56,517 bases of DNA from an uncultured delta proteobacterium (GCA_963792965.1 CAWBYW010000012.1:1-56517); one strand, 5' to 3'; shown: positions 44,144-54,472, counted from the stretch's first letter. Notes: generated from the sequence alone by a model not told the origin. Numbers and translations are program-made.

Positions 44144-44539
44144 TCTGTTTCTTATCGGACGTACGGTTCCAAATTACAGAATCATCGGTTCTCCGAGTGG
44201 CTCGGTGGGCCACATGAGAAACCGACGTGAGTCTCGGGGCGAGATAAACCAGACCATGAAATCCCGACCCGCGTAGGAGACCGGCTCGGCCGTGACGGGA
44301 TCTGTCGCCCCCCCCCCCGGTGATACTATTCGGCTTTGTGAATAATCCGGGGACAAGGCGCGCGGTGTTCGAGAGGCCGTTACCCTTTTTCCTCGTAGGA
44401 ACGCGCTCTCGGATCCGTTTAGACGCCGGTTTTCCGGAGAATATCGCTTAGCCCGTCGGGAAAATAATGTGGGATGCGGGCACGTTTCTGCAACTATTAT
44501 CCATCGCCTCGGATGGGGGTGTTACGGTTTCAACATGAG

Positions 44540-44822
44540 TATTGCATTGGGGCAATAGCCCCCCGGGGAAACAGGCCGCCGTTATTTTTTTATTAAAATT
44601 CGTTCTTTTCTCAATCAGTCAATATCATTGAAGTTTTCCTCTCTTACCGTTCAAGAGGACGGTAGAATAAATGATCATTATGACTGAGGGCACCTCGTTT
44701 CCCACCTATTGCGTGCGTGAAATGAGAACGGCCCACGGAGAAAGATAAGTAAATGATAACGTTATGGGATCATTACGCTTTTTAAGTATAGTACGCGCAT
44801 ATAGAGTGGCACGTCTATTGCA
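44540..44822 (+). promoter_or_regulatory. Sigma54 promoter with upstream activator module, copy B
   Basis: TGGCACGTCTATTGCA at 44807-44822, plus upstream blocks shared with copy A. Confidence 0.75.
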
Positions 44823-44848
44823 ATATTCTCCGACTGTCAGACCGATGC

Positions 44849-45268
44849 GTGGGGGATAATGTGGAGACTACAGGAAACAGAGAATTGATCGGACCCTTTC
44901 CGGAAACGCGGCAGTTTATTCCGATGAGCCATTTTGAAATATGGTTAAGCAAGGGGAAAATATTTCTTCCCTCATATCTGAAGAATATTATCTCCTCGTC
45001 CACGGAAAAGAATCTGAGCTTCGCGATCATTCCCGGGTATAAATTTCTGAGACTCGAAAATGGACATCACGACTCTGAAGGATTGATCGGTAAGGTGAGA
45101 ACAAGAGATGAGATCGAGTGCCTCAATCCCAAAATCTTTCAGAATAGGGTGGGACTCGGCGAAAGGGTCTATCACGTAGAAGTAGGATACGTCGGTGAGC
45201 TGAGGAATGGGAAAGGAGATCGCCTATATCCGACGAGAGCACCTTCTGTTCCGGTTGTGAATCGCTGA
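44849..45268 (+). CDS. Hypothetical protein (start uncertain)
   Basis: Only sizeable + strand ORF immediately after sigma54 promoter B; family not recognised. Confidence 0.35.
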   Translation: MGDNVETTGNRELIGPFPETRQFIPMSHFEIWLSKGKIFLPSYLKNIISSSTEKNLSFAIIPGYKFLRLENGHHDSEGLIGKVRTRDEIECLNPKIFQNRVGLGERVYHVEVGYVGELRNGKGDRLYPTRAPSVPVVNR

Positions 45269-45524
45269 CGATGGAGAGAGATGCCCAACTCAGAATCTAT
45301 CGTTGTTCTCAATCGGATCGCATTATATACGCCGTATTTGGCTCTTCGACAAAAGAGAATGGAGATACGCTTCTTGCCCTGAGCAGTGATTGCCGGAGAC
45401 AGTCGGCCGACGATGGACTTGACAGGCTCAATCGTCAGGCCGGCTCGGCATCATAGACTTTATTAACTGAGCCGCTTCGTTGAGTTGACCGCGCACTCAT
45501 TTAACATACATTAGGGAGCGTGCA

Positions 45525-46310
45525 ATGGCAGACAACGCATGGAGCCTTAGAACAAACTTCAGACCGATAAACATCCTCCTGATCGAAGAAGACAGCGGAT
45601 ACTCCCGGCTTTTGGAAGCCCTTCTCCTGGATATGGAGGGAGTGCCTTTCCTGCTCAGGCGCGCCGGCAGCCTGAACGAAGGATTTGACTACCTGGCCGA
45701 GAATGATATCGATGTGATCCTGATGGATCTGAACCTGCCCGATAGCAAGGGCGTCGGCACGTTCAGGAGGATCCATGGGCTTGCTCCGGAGATTCCGATT
45801 GTCGTTATCACGTCGTTCGAGAGCGAGGAAACGTCTCTCAAGGTGATAAGAGAAGGAGCCCAGGACTATATCTTTAAATCGGAATTGAGGCCCAGCCTGC
45901 TTATGCGTTCTTTGCTCTATGCGATAGAGCGAAAAGGGTGGGAGGAATATATAAAGATCGCGCGTCTCGAGGCGGAAAACCGGGCGAAAGAACGCACGAC
46001 GGAGCTTGCCAAACTAAACCAGGAGTTGACCAGAAGAATACAGGAACAAGAACAGATCAATGAGATGCGCAAAGGCCTCATCGTGAAATATCAACAAGCT
46101 CGCTCAAAGACAAAGAGCTTATCGGGGACGGTAAGAATCTGCTCGTCATGCAAGAGCATTAAAGACGATCAGGGGACATGGGTGCAGATGGAAGAGTTCG
46201 TCGGCGAACATTTCGGCGCGAGCCCCGCGCATGGCATCTGCCCAACGTGCGTCGTACGCGAATACCCCGCCCATGATAAGGGAGAGGTAGTGAACGCCGT
46301 GGGTAAGTAG
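45525..46310 (+). CDS. Response regulator: REC domain, coiled coil and C-terminal CxxC...HGICxxC domain
   Basis: LLIEED, ILMDLNLPD, GAQDYIFK; CSSCKSIKDDQGTW...HGICPTC. Confidence 0.88.
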   Translation: MADNAWSLRTNFRPINILLIEEDSGYSRLLEALLLDMEGVPFLLRRAGSLNEGFDYLAENDIDVILMDLNLPDSKGVGTFRRIHGLAPEIPIVVITSFESEETSLKVIREGAQDYIFKSELRPSLLMRSLLYAIERKGWEEYIKIARLEAENRAKERTTELAKLNQELTRRIQEQEQINEMRKGLIVKYQQARSKTKSLSGTVRICSSCKSIKDDQGTWVQMEEFVGEHFGASPAHGICPTCVVREYPAHDKGEVVNAVGK

Positions 46311-46619
46311 GAACTCCCACTGCGGTCCCGCGGGACGTGGGTGAGGGGGGCTCGTGGTAATCTTCCCTTGCGCAAGTAAGGGCACGTGTGGTCGGCAAGT
46401 CAGTCAATCGTGCTTAGTCTCTACTCAGAGTCAAGAATATCGACATCGTGTTATCCGGATCCGAACGCGGAAGCCTCCGCCAAACATGCGCAGCTAAGCA
46501 AGGTGATACCCCTTGGGGAGGGTAGATGATTTCTTTTTTCAAAGGGAGGTGAAAATATCGCCACGATATTTTCACGTCGACTTCCATTTTGAGGAAAGGC
46601 TCTTGGAAAGGAGAGAGAA

Positions 46620-47258
46620 ATGAAAAGACGTGTATTAGTCGTTATGCTGTTGCTTGTGGCGGTCATGACCCTGTATTCGGCCGCCGTTGCAACGGCCGCC
46701 GATGGATCGATGTACTACACGAAGTCCGCGGTAGAGTTTCGCGACGGCATGAGGAAACTCTGGACCGACCACGTCGTCTACACCCACGACTACATCGTCA
46801 GCGCACTGGCCGATCTTCCCGACGCAGGGGCGATCGCCGAGCGGCTGTTGAAGAACCAGGATGAGATCGGGAACGCCATTGCCCCGTATTATGGGGACGC
46901 CGCCGGCAAGAAGCTGACGGCTCTGCTGAGGGCCCACATCGCGATCGCCGCGGAGGTCGTCGCCGCTGCGAAATCGGGCGATAAGGCAGCGTTGGAGAAG
47001 GCGCAGAAAAAGTGGACGGGCAACGCCGAGGAAATCGCGGCCTTCCTGGCCGGGGCAAATCCCAACTGGTCCTACGACACTCTGAACGCCGCTCTTCAGA
47101 AGCATCTTAGTCTGACGACCGACGATGTAACGGCCAGACTGGGTAAGGATTGGGTGAAAGACATGGCGGCATACGATATGGGCTATACCCACATGCTCGG
47201 CTTTTCCGATACGTTAGCGGACGGCATCATCACTCAGTTTCCGGATAAGTTCAAGTAG
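46620..47258 (+). CDS. Secreted helical protein of unknown function with conserved His residues
   Basis: Signal peptide; KLWTDHV, NQDEIG..IAPYYG, LLRAHI, NPNW, KHL, HM...D.LA.GI..QFP. Confidence 0.7.
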   Translation: MKRRVLVVMLLLVAVMTLYSAAVATAADGSMYYTKSAVEFRDGMRKLWTDHVVYTHDYIVSALADLPDAGAIAERLLKNQDEIGNAIAPYYGDAAGKKLTALLRAHIAIAAEVVAAAKSGDKAALEKAQKKWTGNAEEIAAFLAGANPNWSYDTLNAALQKHLSLTTDDVTARLGKDWVKDMAAYDMGYTHMLGFSDTLADGIITQFPDKFK

Positions 47259-47359
47259 GATAGACCTGATCGGTGCGGGCCGCAGTTCTTCGCGGCCCGC
47301 ACCACTCACGCGCGTGGTCTTGTGTCATACGAATCAACTGTAAAGGAAAGGAACCGCCG

Positions 47360-47755
47360 ATGCTTGAAAAGATCGTGTCAAACAGCTATTACGACATCGC
47401 GGTGGACATCTCCAAGAACCGGACCCACTTGACCATCAAGGGGTATTGGGAGACGACGGAGCTTGTCCCGAATTTCATGGCGGACGTTAATGCGGCCGCC
47501 GAAAAGATGAAACCGGGCTTTACCGTCCTTGCCAATCTCACCCGGATGAAGCCGCCCCCGGCCGCGGTGTGTGCCATGTATAAACAGGCCCAGGCGCTCC
47601 TCGTGAGTTGTGGCCTTGAGTGTACGGCGGAGATCATTGACGATCTTTCGCTGGAAAAGACGCTGAACGACTACGACTGCCAGTCGAAAATTAAGAAAGA
47701 GATATTCGTCAACGCGGTCGATGCCGAGGCGTGGCTCGACAGTCTCAAGAAGTAG
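47360..47755 (+). CDS. STAS/SEC14 (SpoIIAA-like) domain protein
   Basis: KNR..LTIKGYW...GFTVLANL..MKP...F.N..DAEAWL pattern. Confidence 0.55.
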   Translation: MLEKIVSNSYYDIAVDISKNRTHLTIKGYWETTELVPNFMADVNAAAEKMKPGFTVLANLTRMKPPPAAVCAMYKQAQALLVSCGLECTAEIIDDLSLEKTLNDYDCQSKIKKEIFVNAVDAEAWLDSLKK

Positions 47756-48265
47756 CGGGTCAAAGCCCGTTTCCTCCCGCATCCGCGTGAGGATACGCGC
47801 AGCCGATCATCGTCCGGATCGTCTGCGTCCGTAATCGATAAAAGCTCTGTGGGCTCGATCGGCTCCAACGTGAGCGTTGCGCCGATCAAGCCCACATCCG
47901 CGAAAAGGGCCTACTCATCGAAGTGGTCCCTTTTTTTTATGTCGCCTCTCGGTCTGTCGCGCGTGCGGTGGGGATAGCAGATCCGGTCGGCATGGAGCGG
48001 AGAGTAAGACGAAGCCGTCATAAGATATCTTGAATATTTTCTACTCTTTCGGTATTCTATTATATACTTTTGCGCATTTATTGGGTATATTTAGACCATC
48101 AGGAAATTCGACTCCTTCCCCTTAACAGTGCCCACCACGATAAACGGATCGTCCACGAGTGCGGAAGGAGGCGCGGTGCTGCCGGCGCGCGAAAAACGAC
48201 GGCGTGGCCAGATCGGAGACTTACGTTCCAGATGAACATAAAGAGACACGTCATGGAAAGGCGAC

Positions 48266-50503
48266 ATGCATAAGATTCTGATCGTTGAAGATGAAGCCGC
48301 GGCGGCGATGCATTTGCGAAAATATCTCGAAAGCGCGGGTTACGCCGTTGTTGGACAGGCCTTTACCGGGGCCCAAGCCGTTGAACGGGCCCGGTCTTTG
48401 AGTCCCGAATTGGTACTGATGGATATCGTGCTGCAGGGGGATATGAACGGCATCGAGGCCTCCGAAATAATCAAATCGGAGCTGAACGTTCCGATACTGT
48501 TCATCTCGGCCTACAGCGACGACAGCATCGTGAAACAGGCCAAGTCGGTAAATCCCTACGGATATATCCTAAAACCGTTCCAGGAAAACCAGATCAAGGT
48601 GGCGTTGGAGGTGGCGTTTGAAAAAATCGCCTCCGACCGGCAGCTCTATGAATCCCGGGAAAAATATCATCAAATGGTTCAGAGCACCCATGAGGGTATG
48701 CTGGTTATACAGGATGATCTTATCGCATCGGCCAATCGTACCGCCATCGAAGTTTTGGGGTACCGCCCAGAGGAGATCATCTCGCGGCCGTTTTTGAATT
48801 TCTTTCATCCCGACGAACGTGAAGCGGTGCATGACGGTTATCTGAGGCGGCTGGACGGGCAAACGACCGGGGTCTATGCTTGTCGAGTAACCGACGCGAA
48901 AGGAGACGTAAAGTGGCTTGAGATCAACTTCATAGCCATGCATTGGGAGGGAAGGCCGGCCGTCCTGTGCCTCCTGGCCGACGTAACCGGCCGTAAGCTG
49001 GCCCAGGAGGAATCGAACAAGTATAGGAGCCATCTCGAGAAGCTGGTCGAGGAGCGCACGGGGATGCTCGTAAAGGCATCGGATAAGCTTCAGAAAGAAA
49101 TCGAGACCCGCAGATTGTCCGAGGATGCGATCGACGAGTCAGCACAGAAGTGGCGCGCCCTCTTTGAATATTCCAGCGACGTCGTCTATCTCACTTCTCA
49201 CGACGGACGCTTCGTCGAAATAAATGCGGCGGGGGAGAACCTGCTCGGCTACACGAGGGCGGATCTCTTAGACTTACATCTCGGGGATATTTGTAAGAAC
49301 CGGAATGACGGCAAAAAATTTCAGAAAGAGATTGAGCAAAAGGGATTCGTGGAAGATTACCGGCTGATCTTCAAGAAGAGAAACGGGTCTTCAATATCGT
49401 GCCTGGTCACATCTCAGTCGATACGAGACGGCGCAGGAAACATCAAGGCGTACCAGGGAATAATAAAGGAAGACTACGAGGGAAAGGCTAAAACCGGGCC
49501 GGCCAAGGCAATCCATGCTCCTTCCGTCGTTGAGGAGATGCGAGGGGAAATAGAAGACAGCCACAGCTTTCAAAACATCATCAGCAGAAACCCCAAGGTC
49601 AGAGGAATCTTTACTCTGCTTCCGCAAATAGCCGAAAGCGACAGCACCGTTCTCATCGAAGGGAGGAGCGGCACGGGCAAGGAGCTCTTCGCGCGGGCGA
49701 TACATAATCTTTCCAAGAGGAAGCACGGTCCTTTTGTGGCGATAAACTGCGCCGCGCTCCCCGAAAATCTTCTCGAATCGGAGCTGTTCGGGTATGTGAA
49801 GGGGGCCTTTACGAACGCCGTGAACGACAAGCCCGGCCGCTTTGCCCTCGCCGACGGTGGCACCATCCTCCTGGATGAAATCGGAGAGCTGAGCCCGCTT
49901 CTACAGGTCAAGCTGCTTCGGGTAATTCAGGAAAAAGAGCTTGAGCCGCTGGGAGGTGTGAAGCCCGTCAAGGTGGACGTGCGGATCGTATCGTCTACGA
50001 ATCGCACCATCTCAGAAGAAGTGCGCAAGGGCAATTTTCGCGAAGACCTCTTTTTTCGCCTCAACGTCGTAAGAATAGATCTTCCCGAGCTCAAGGACAG
50101 GAGAGAGGACATACCGCTCCTGGTCGATCATCTCCTCAGGAAAATAGCGGTGAAAATCGGGAGGGAAAGCCTGGGCGTGTCGGATGATGCGGCCGAATTT
50201 TTGATGAAGTACGATTACCCCGGCAATGTGCGTGAGCTGGAAAATATTATCGAAAGCGCGGCGGTCCTGGCGGAGGGAAACACCCTTACACTGGAGAATA
50301 TCGTCAATAAGTTGTTCTTGGGCACGCTAAAGAGCCCGGCCGGTGAACGGGTCATGATCAGGGATGTCGTGACGGACGCGGAAAAGAAGCTGATTGAGGA
50401 AACGCTGAATCGCTATCAGGGAGACCGTGGCAAGACCGCGGACACACTCAATTTGGATCGGTCGACGCTCTGGAGAAAAATGAAGAAGTACGGTCTGTTG
50501 TGA
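48266..50503 (+). CDS. Sigma54-dependent enhancer-binding protein: REC-PAS-PAS-AAA+-HTH(Fis)
   Basis: ILIVEDE/LMDI REC, two PAS domains, GRSGTGKE, ESELFGYVKGAFTNA, LLDEIGE, YPGNVRELEN, RSTLWRKMKKYG. Confidence 0.95.
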   Translation: MHKILIVEDEAAAAMHLRKYLESAGYAVVGQAFTGAQAVERARSLSPELVLMDIVLQGDMNGIEASEIIKSELNVPILFISAYSDDSIVKQAKSVNPYGYILKPFQENQIKVALEVAFEKIASDRQLYESREKYHQMVQSTHEGMLVIQDDLIASANRTAIEVLGYRPEEIISRPFLNFFHPDEREAVHDGYLRRLDGQTTGVYACRVTDAKGDVKWLEINFIAMHWEGRPAVLCLLADVTGRKLAQEESNKYRSHLEKLVEERTGMLVKASDKLQKEIETRRLSEDAIDESAQKWRALFEYSSDVVYLTSHDGRFVEINAAGENLLGYTRADLLDLHLGDICKNRNDGKKFQKEIEQKGFVEDYRLIFKKRNGSSISCLVTSQSIRDGAGNIKAYQGIIKEDYEGKAKTGPAKAIHAPSVVEEMRGEIEDSHSFQNIISRNPKVRGIFTLLPQIAESDSTVLIEGRSGTGKELFARAIHNLSKRKHGPFVAINCAALPENLLESELFGYVKGAFTNAVNDKPGRFALADGGTILLDEIGELSPLLQVKLLRVIQEKELEPLGGVKPVKVDVRIVSSTNRTISEEVRKGNFREDLFFRLNVVRIDLPELKDRREDIPLLVDHLLRKIAVKIGRESLGVSDDAAEFLMKYDYPGNVRELENIIESAAVLAEGNTLTLENIVNKLFLGTLKSPAGERVMIRDVVTDAEKKLIEETLNRYQGDRGKTADTLNLDRSTLWRKMKKYGLL

Positions 50504-50547
50504 AGTGCGCGCGCGAGTACCGCGCACGTACGCCGGCCCCGCCTTCA

Positions 50548-51135
50548 CTATTTGTCGTGCTCTGAGTGGTTGGCCGCGTGAGCTTCCATCCCGAAGCTCA
50601 TCGTGACCTTTGTCCCTTCCGAACGGGCGAAATCCACCTTTCCCGAAAGCTGTCCCTCGATGAGGTTCGTCACGAGCCTGAGCCCGAGGGTGTCGGTCGT
50701 CTCGATGTCAAACCCGTCGGGGAAGCCGACCCCGTCGTCCGCCACCGAGATCGATATCGTATTCCCCGTCGTCCCGACCGAAATGCGGATGGAGCCGCCG
50801 TTCTTGCCGTTAAAGGCGTATTTGAAGGCGTTGGTAACAATCTCGTTGACGGCCAGCGCGCAGGGGATGGCCTGGTTTATCGACAGGAATGCGTCGTCGC
50901 CCTCCACCGAGTGGACGATACCGCGTGCGGGGGCGTCGTAGATCGACGAAAGACGACCCGTCAGCTCCCGGATGTTCTTCTTGACGTCAATCCGGTCGAG
51001 CTGCCGGCTGCCGTAGAGCTGGGAGTGTATGAGCGCCATGGCGTGGATGCGTGACTCGGCGTCATGCAGCATATCGGCCGCCTCACCGGTCTTGGCGCCC
51101 ATCCCGGCCATGGACAGCAGGCTCGAGCATATCGG
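50548..51135 (-). CDS. HisKA_2-type sensor histidine kinase, C-terminal fragment
   Basis: SSLL...ESRIHAMALIHSQLY, NEIVTNAFKYAF, DDGVG, LGLRLV. The H-box (HRVKNN) and everything upstream are missing at a junction. Confidence 0.85.
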   Translation of the reverse strand, partial: PICSSLLSMAGMGAKTGEAADMLHDAESRIHAMALIHSQLYGSRQLDRIDVKKNIRELTGRLSSIYDAPARGIVHSVEGDDAFLSINQAIPCALAVNEIVTNAFKYAFNGKNGGSIRISVGTTGNTISISVADDGVGFPDGFDIETTDTLGLRLVTNLIEGQLSGKVDFARSEGTKVTMSFGMEAHAANHSEHDK

Positions 51136-51205
51136 ACCGTGACCGAGCGGCAAGCCCTGATGGCTGGAGAATCAGGCGTCGGAGCTTGGACACCGGTATT
51201 CTCTC

Positions 51206-52403
51206 ATGAGCCTGGCCTACTTTGACCATGCCGCGGCAACCGGGGTTGACCCCCGGGTGCTGGAGGCGATGCTGCCCTATTTCACGCCCGAGTTCGGCAA
51301 TCCCCAGAGTCTTTACGGCTCCGGTCCCCGGGCCAAGGAGGCGCTTGACCGCAGCCGGGCGCAGGTCGCACAATTGATCGATGCCCGGCCGGAGGAAGTC
51401 ATCTTCACGGCCGACGGCACCGAGAGCAACAACCTCGCGCTCAAGGGAATCGCGTCGGCGCTCCGGGACAAGGGCCGGCACATCATCGTCTCGTCAATCG
51501 AACACGTTTCGATTCTCAATCCGGCCCGCAGTCTGGGCCGCGACGGATTTCAGATCACGTTCCTGCCCGTGGATCGCGCCGGTCTGGTTGACCCGGCAGC
51601 GGTCAAGGCCAGTCTCAGGCCGGACACAGTTCTCATGTCCGTGATGGCGGCGAACAGCGAAGTGGGCACGATTCAGCCCATCGCGGAGATCGGTCGGGAT
51701 CGCCCGCGCGGCCGGGGTCGCATTCCACACCGATGCCGTGGCCGCGACCGGGATGATGCCGCTGAATGTGCGCGCGATGAACGTTGATGCCCTGACCCTT
51801 GCTGCGCCCGACGTTCTACGGCCCGAAAGGCGCGGCGGCGCTCTATGTCCGCAAGGGCATTGCGGCTGCTGGCCGCAGATGGAGGGCGGCAATCAGGAGA
51901 ACAACCGCCGGTCGGGCAGCGAGAACGTGCCCGCAATTGTCGGCATGGGCAAGGCGGCTGAGCTGGCGCGGCGCTGAACTTGAACCACGGAATGCGGCGA
52001 TCTTCTCCTGCGCGACCGACTGATAACGGAACTGCCGGAGCGCATCGAGCACGTCTATCTCACCGGCCATCCCGTGCAGCGCCTGCCCGGACAGGTGAGT
52101 TTCTGCATCGAGTTCGTCGAAGGCGAAGGGATGCTGCTCTTTCTGGACGATGAGGGAATCGCGTCGCGTCGGGTTCGGCCTGCACGTCGAAGACGCTGAA
52201 GGCATCCCACGTGCTGCTGGCAATGGGTTGGACCACGCGCTGGCCCAGGGGTCGCTGATGCTGACCCTGGGCAACGGAAAATACCGAGAGCGACGTCAAT
52301 CTGCTGCTGGACAAGCTGCCGGCGATCGTCCAGCGCCTGCGCGAGATGTCGCCGCTTTACGCGAAGTACCAGAAGGATCCGGCCGCCTATCAGGCGCGTC
52401 TGA
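51206..52403 (+). CDS. iscS: Cysteine desulfurase IscS/NifS (multiple frameshifts)
   Basis: YFDHAAAT, FGNPQS, GTESNNLA, IEH.SI, ANSEVGTIQP, HTDAV, FYGPKG, RSGSENV and GSACT across frames. Confidence 0.9.
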
Positions 52404-52420
52404 TACAAGAGAAGGAGTGA

Positions 52421-52794
52421 ATGTATAGCGAAAAAGTGATGGACCACTTCCGCAATCCCGCGGAACGTGGGCGAAATCGAGAACGCGGACGGAATCGGGG
52501 AGGTTGGCAACCCGGTCTGCGGCGACATGATGACATTCTACATCAAGGTCAAGGACAACCGGCTGGAGGACGTGAAGTTCAAGACCTTCGGTTGCGGGGC
52601 GGCCATCGCCGTCTCCAGCATGGTGAGCGAGATGGCCATGGGCAAGACTCGAGGAAGCGCTGAAGATCACCAACGCCGATGGTGGCCAAGGAGCTGGGGG
52701 GCTTGCCGCCGAACAAGTTGCATTGCTCCAACCTGGGCGCCGAGGCCCTGCACAAGGCGATCGAAGACTATCAGGCAAGAGGAAAGCACCATGA
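52421..52794 (+). CDS. iscU: Fe-S scaffold IscU/NifU (frameshifted)
   Basis: MYSEKVMDHFRNP, GNPVCGD, FKTFGCGAAIA, LPPNKLHCSNL. Confidence 0.92.
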
Positions 52795-52990
52795 GGACCG
52801 AGAATGCGAAGAGCGCCCTCTGCCGCTGCCCGTATTGCGACGCACCGCGTCGCCCGCGATGCCTTCGATCTGCACGCCCGTGCCGGGTGAAGCTCGTTGC
52901 CTGCGAGCGTGCGGCAAGCCGCGTCGCCGAGGATACCCGGCGCAGTACCGGACTGCGGGGACGGAAATCGGCCGGCCGCAAACCGTCTGA
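52791..52990 (+). CDS. Small double zinc-ribbon-like protein (frameshifted)
   Basis: CPYCD, C..CRV, C..CGK and ..CGTEI pairs when frames are joined. Confidence 0.5.
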
Positions 52991-53069
52991 AGCACGGACT
53001 TGACACGGGGCCGAAAATCCTGTACTTATTGCACTAGGATATGACAACCAGTTCAAAGGAGGAAGAGTA

Positions 53070-53232
53070 ATGGATAAGTGGCGATGCCTTGTCTGCGGAT
53101 ACATCTACGACCCGGAGACCGGGGCGACCCGGATAATGGCGTTGATCCGGGTACGCCGTTCGAGGAACTGCCGGGGAATGGGTTTGCCCGGAGTGCGGCG
53201 CGCCCAAGGACCAGTTCGAGAAGGTTGACTGA
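53070..53232 (+). CDS. Rubredoxin (frameshifted)
   Basis: MDKWRCLVCGYIYDPETG.PDNGVDPGTPFEELP..WVCPECGAPKDQFEKVD; AGGAGG RBS. Confidence 0.88.
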
Positions 53233-53245
53233 AAGGAGGAGACTC

Positions 53246-53433
53246 ATGCCGACCCGAAAGAAGAAAAGCCTGCCGCCCGACCCGCGGAAGAGCCGGCCCC
53301 GCAGCCAGGAAGACAGCGGTTTACGTCTGCGCAGACTGCGGTACCGAGATAACATTGACCAAAGGCGCCGGAATCGGCTTCACTCGACTGGTCTGCTGTG
53401 ACCGGGAGGGATGAAACCGAAGATGGGCGCTGA
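53246..53433 (+). CDS. Small basic protein with desulforedoxin-like CxxC...CC motif (frameshifted, end uncertain)
   Basis: AGGAGG RBS; Lys/Arg-rich N-terminus, then VYVCADCGTEITL...LVCCDR. Confidence 0.5.
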
Positions 53434-53454
53434 GAAAAGAGAAACAGGAAGTTT

Positions 53455-53549
53455 GGAGTCGTCCCTCATTGAAGCTAGACCGGCCAGATTCGGCCTTACA
53501 TCATCTCTTAGATGAAATGAGCTCCTTACGAGGGCGACTGCCTCTTTTT
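53455..53549 (+). ncRNA. Candidate structured RNA (multibranch), family unassigned
   Basis: AGTCGTCCCTC/GAGGGCGACT closing stem, inner AGCT/AGCT, GGCC/GGCC and TCATCT/AGATGA stems, then a T-run; intergenic. Confidence 0.4.
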
Positions 53550-53648
53550 GTTTGACGCTGACCCGCGCACCAGGACGGTGAACGCGGACCGGGAGAATCT
53601 TCCCGCCCTGGTGTGCGGTTCGCGTCCAGAACCGGAAGCGAGGTGGAT

Positions 53649-53930
53649 ATGCCGATGACGAAGGTAAAGGGTGAGAAGCGACCCAAGAAAGTCACGCTCT
53701 ATGCACTTCGACGTGCGGGTGGTCCCGGCGCACCAAGGAATTCTCAGCCACAGCAAGGTGGAATACGAGTTCTGCGATGTGGACGAACTCACCGGTGAGG
53801 AGAAAAGAAGGTCATGGCTAAGGTAACGAAGCTCAATCCCGGCGGCTCTTACCCGACGATTCTCATCGGCGACAACGTCGTGGTTGGCTTCGACGAGGAC
53901 CGCAGATCACCCCGGCTGCTTGGCCTATGA
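53649..53930 (+). CDS. Glutaredoxin/NrdH-like protein (frameshifted)
   Basis: KVTLYAL.TCGW.RRTKEF...VEYEFCDVD...KLNPGGSYPTILIGDNVVVGFDE. Confidence 0.8.
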
Positions 53931-54448
53931 GCGATAGCCAGTTCAGCCCGGAGGTTGTCGCCCTCCACGAACGGCTGAACCGGGAGGCCGAGGCAGGCGG
54001 CTATCATCTGAACCCGGACCGGAACCTGACCCTGGGTCTGGTCGCGGGCCTGCTCAAGAACGAACGGAGATACGGCTACCCGATGTGTCCGTGCCGGCTG
54101 GCGTTCGGGGAGAAAGACGAAGGACCTGGACATGATCTGTCCCTGCGACTACCGCGACCCGACGTCGTCGAGTTCGGCGCGTGCTACTGCGGGCTGTACG
54201 TGAGCAAGACCCTGATGGACGGGCAAGATCCAGCCCCAGGTCGTGCCCGAACGCCGCCCGAAAGAGTATGTCCTCCAGGGCTTCCTGCCTGCGACCCGAG
54301 AGGTCGGCGGAGCCCGGTCAAGACCGGGTTGCCGGTCTGGCGCTGCCGGGTGTGCGGTTACCTCTGCGCCCGCGAGAACCCGCCCGAAGTCTGCCCGGTT
54401 TGCAAGGCCAGGAAGGATCGCTTCGAACCCTTTGTCTGGTCGCTGTAG
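53927..54448 (+). CDS. Ferredoxin:thioredoxin-reductase catalytic-type protein with C-terminal rubredoxin-like domain (FDR type)
   Basis: GYHLNPD, YGYPMCPCRL, (frameshifted) ICPCDY, GACYCGLYVS, WRCRVCGY...PPEVCPVCKA. Confidence 0.85.
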   Translation: MSDSQFSPEVVALHERLNREAEAGGYHLNPDRNLTLGLVAGLLKNERRYGYPMCPCRLAFGEKDEGPGHDLSLRLPRPDVVEFGACYCGLYVSKTLMDGQDPAPGRARTPPERVCPPGLPACDPRGRRSPVKTGLPVWRCRVCGYLCARENPPEVCPVCKARKDRFEPFVWSL

Positions 54449-54472
54449 CGACGGCAAACGGAGGGACAAGTC

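Noticed and set aside
53713-53725. CGWS monothiol active site in the glutaredoxin
   Set aside because: One base from CGWC in a heavily frameshifted gene; unreliable.
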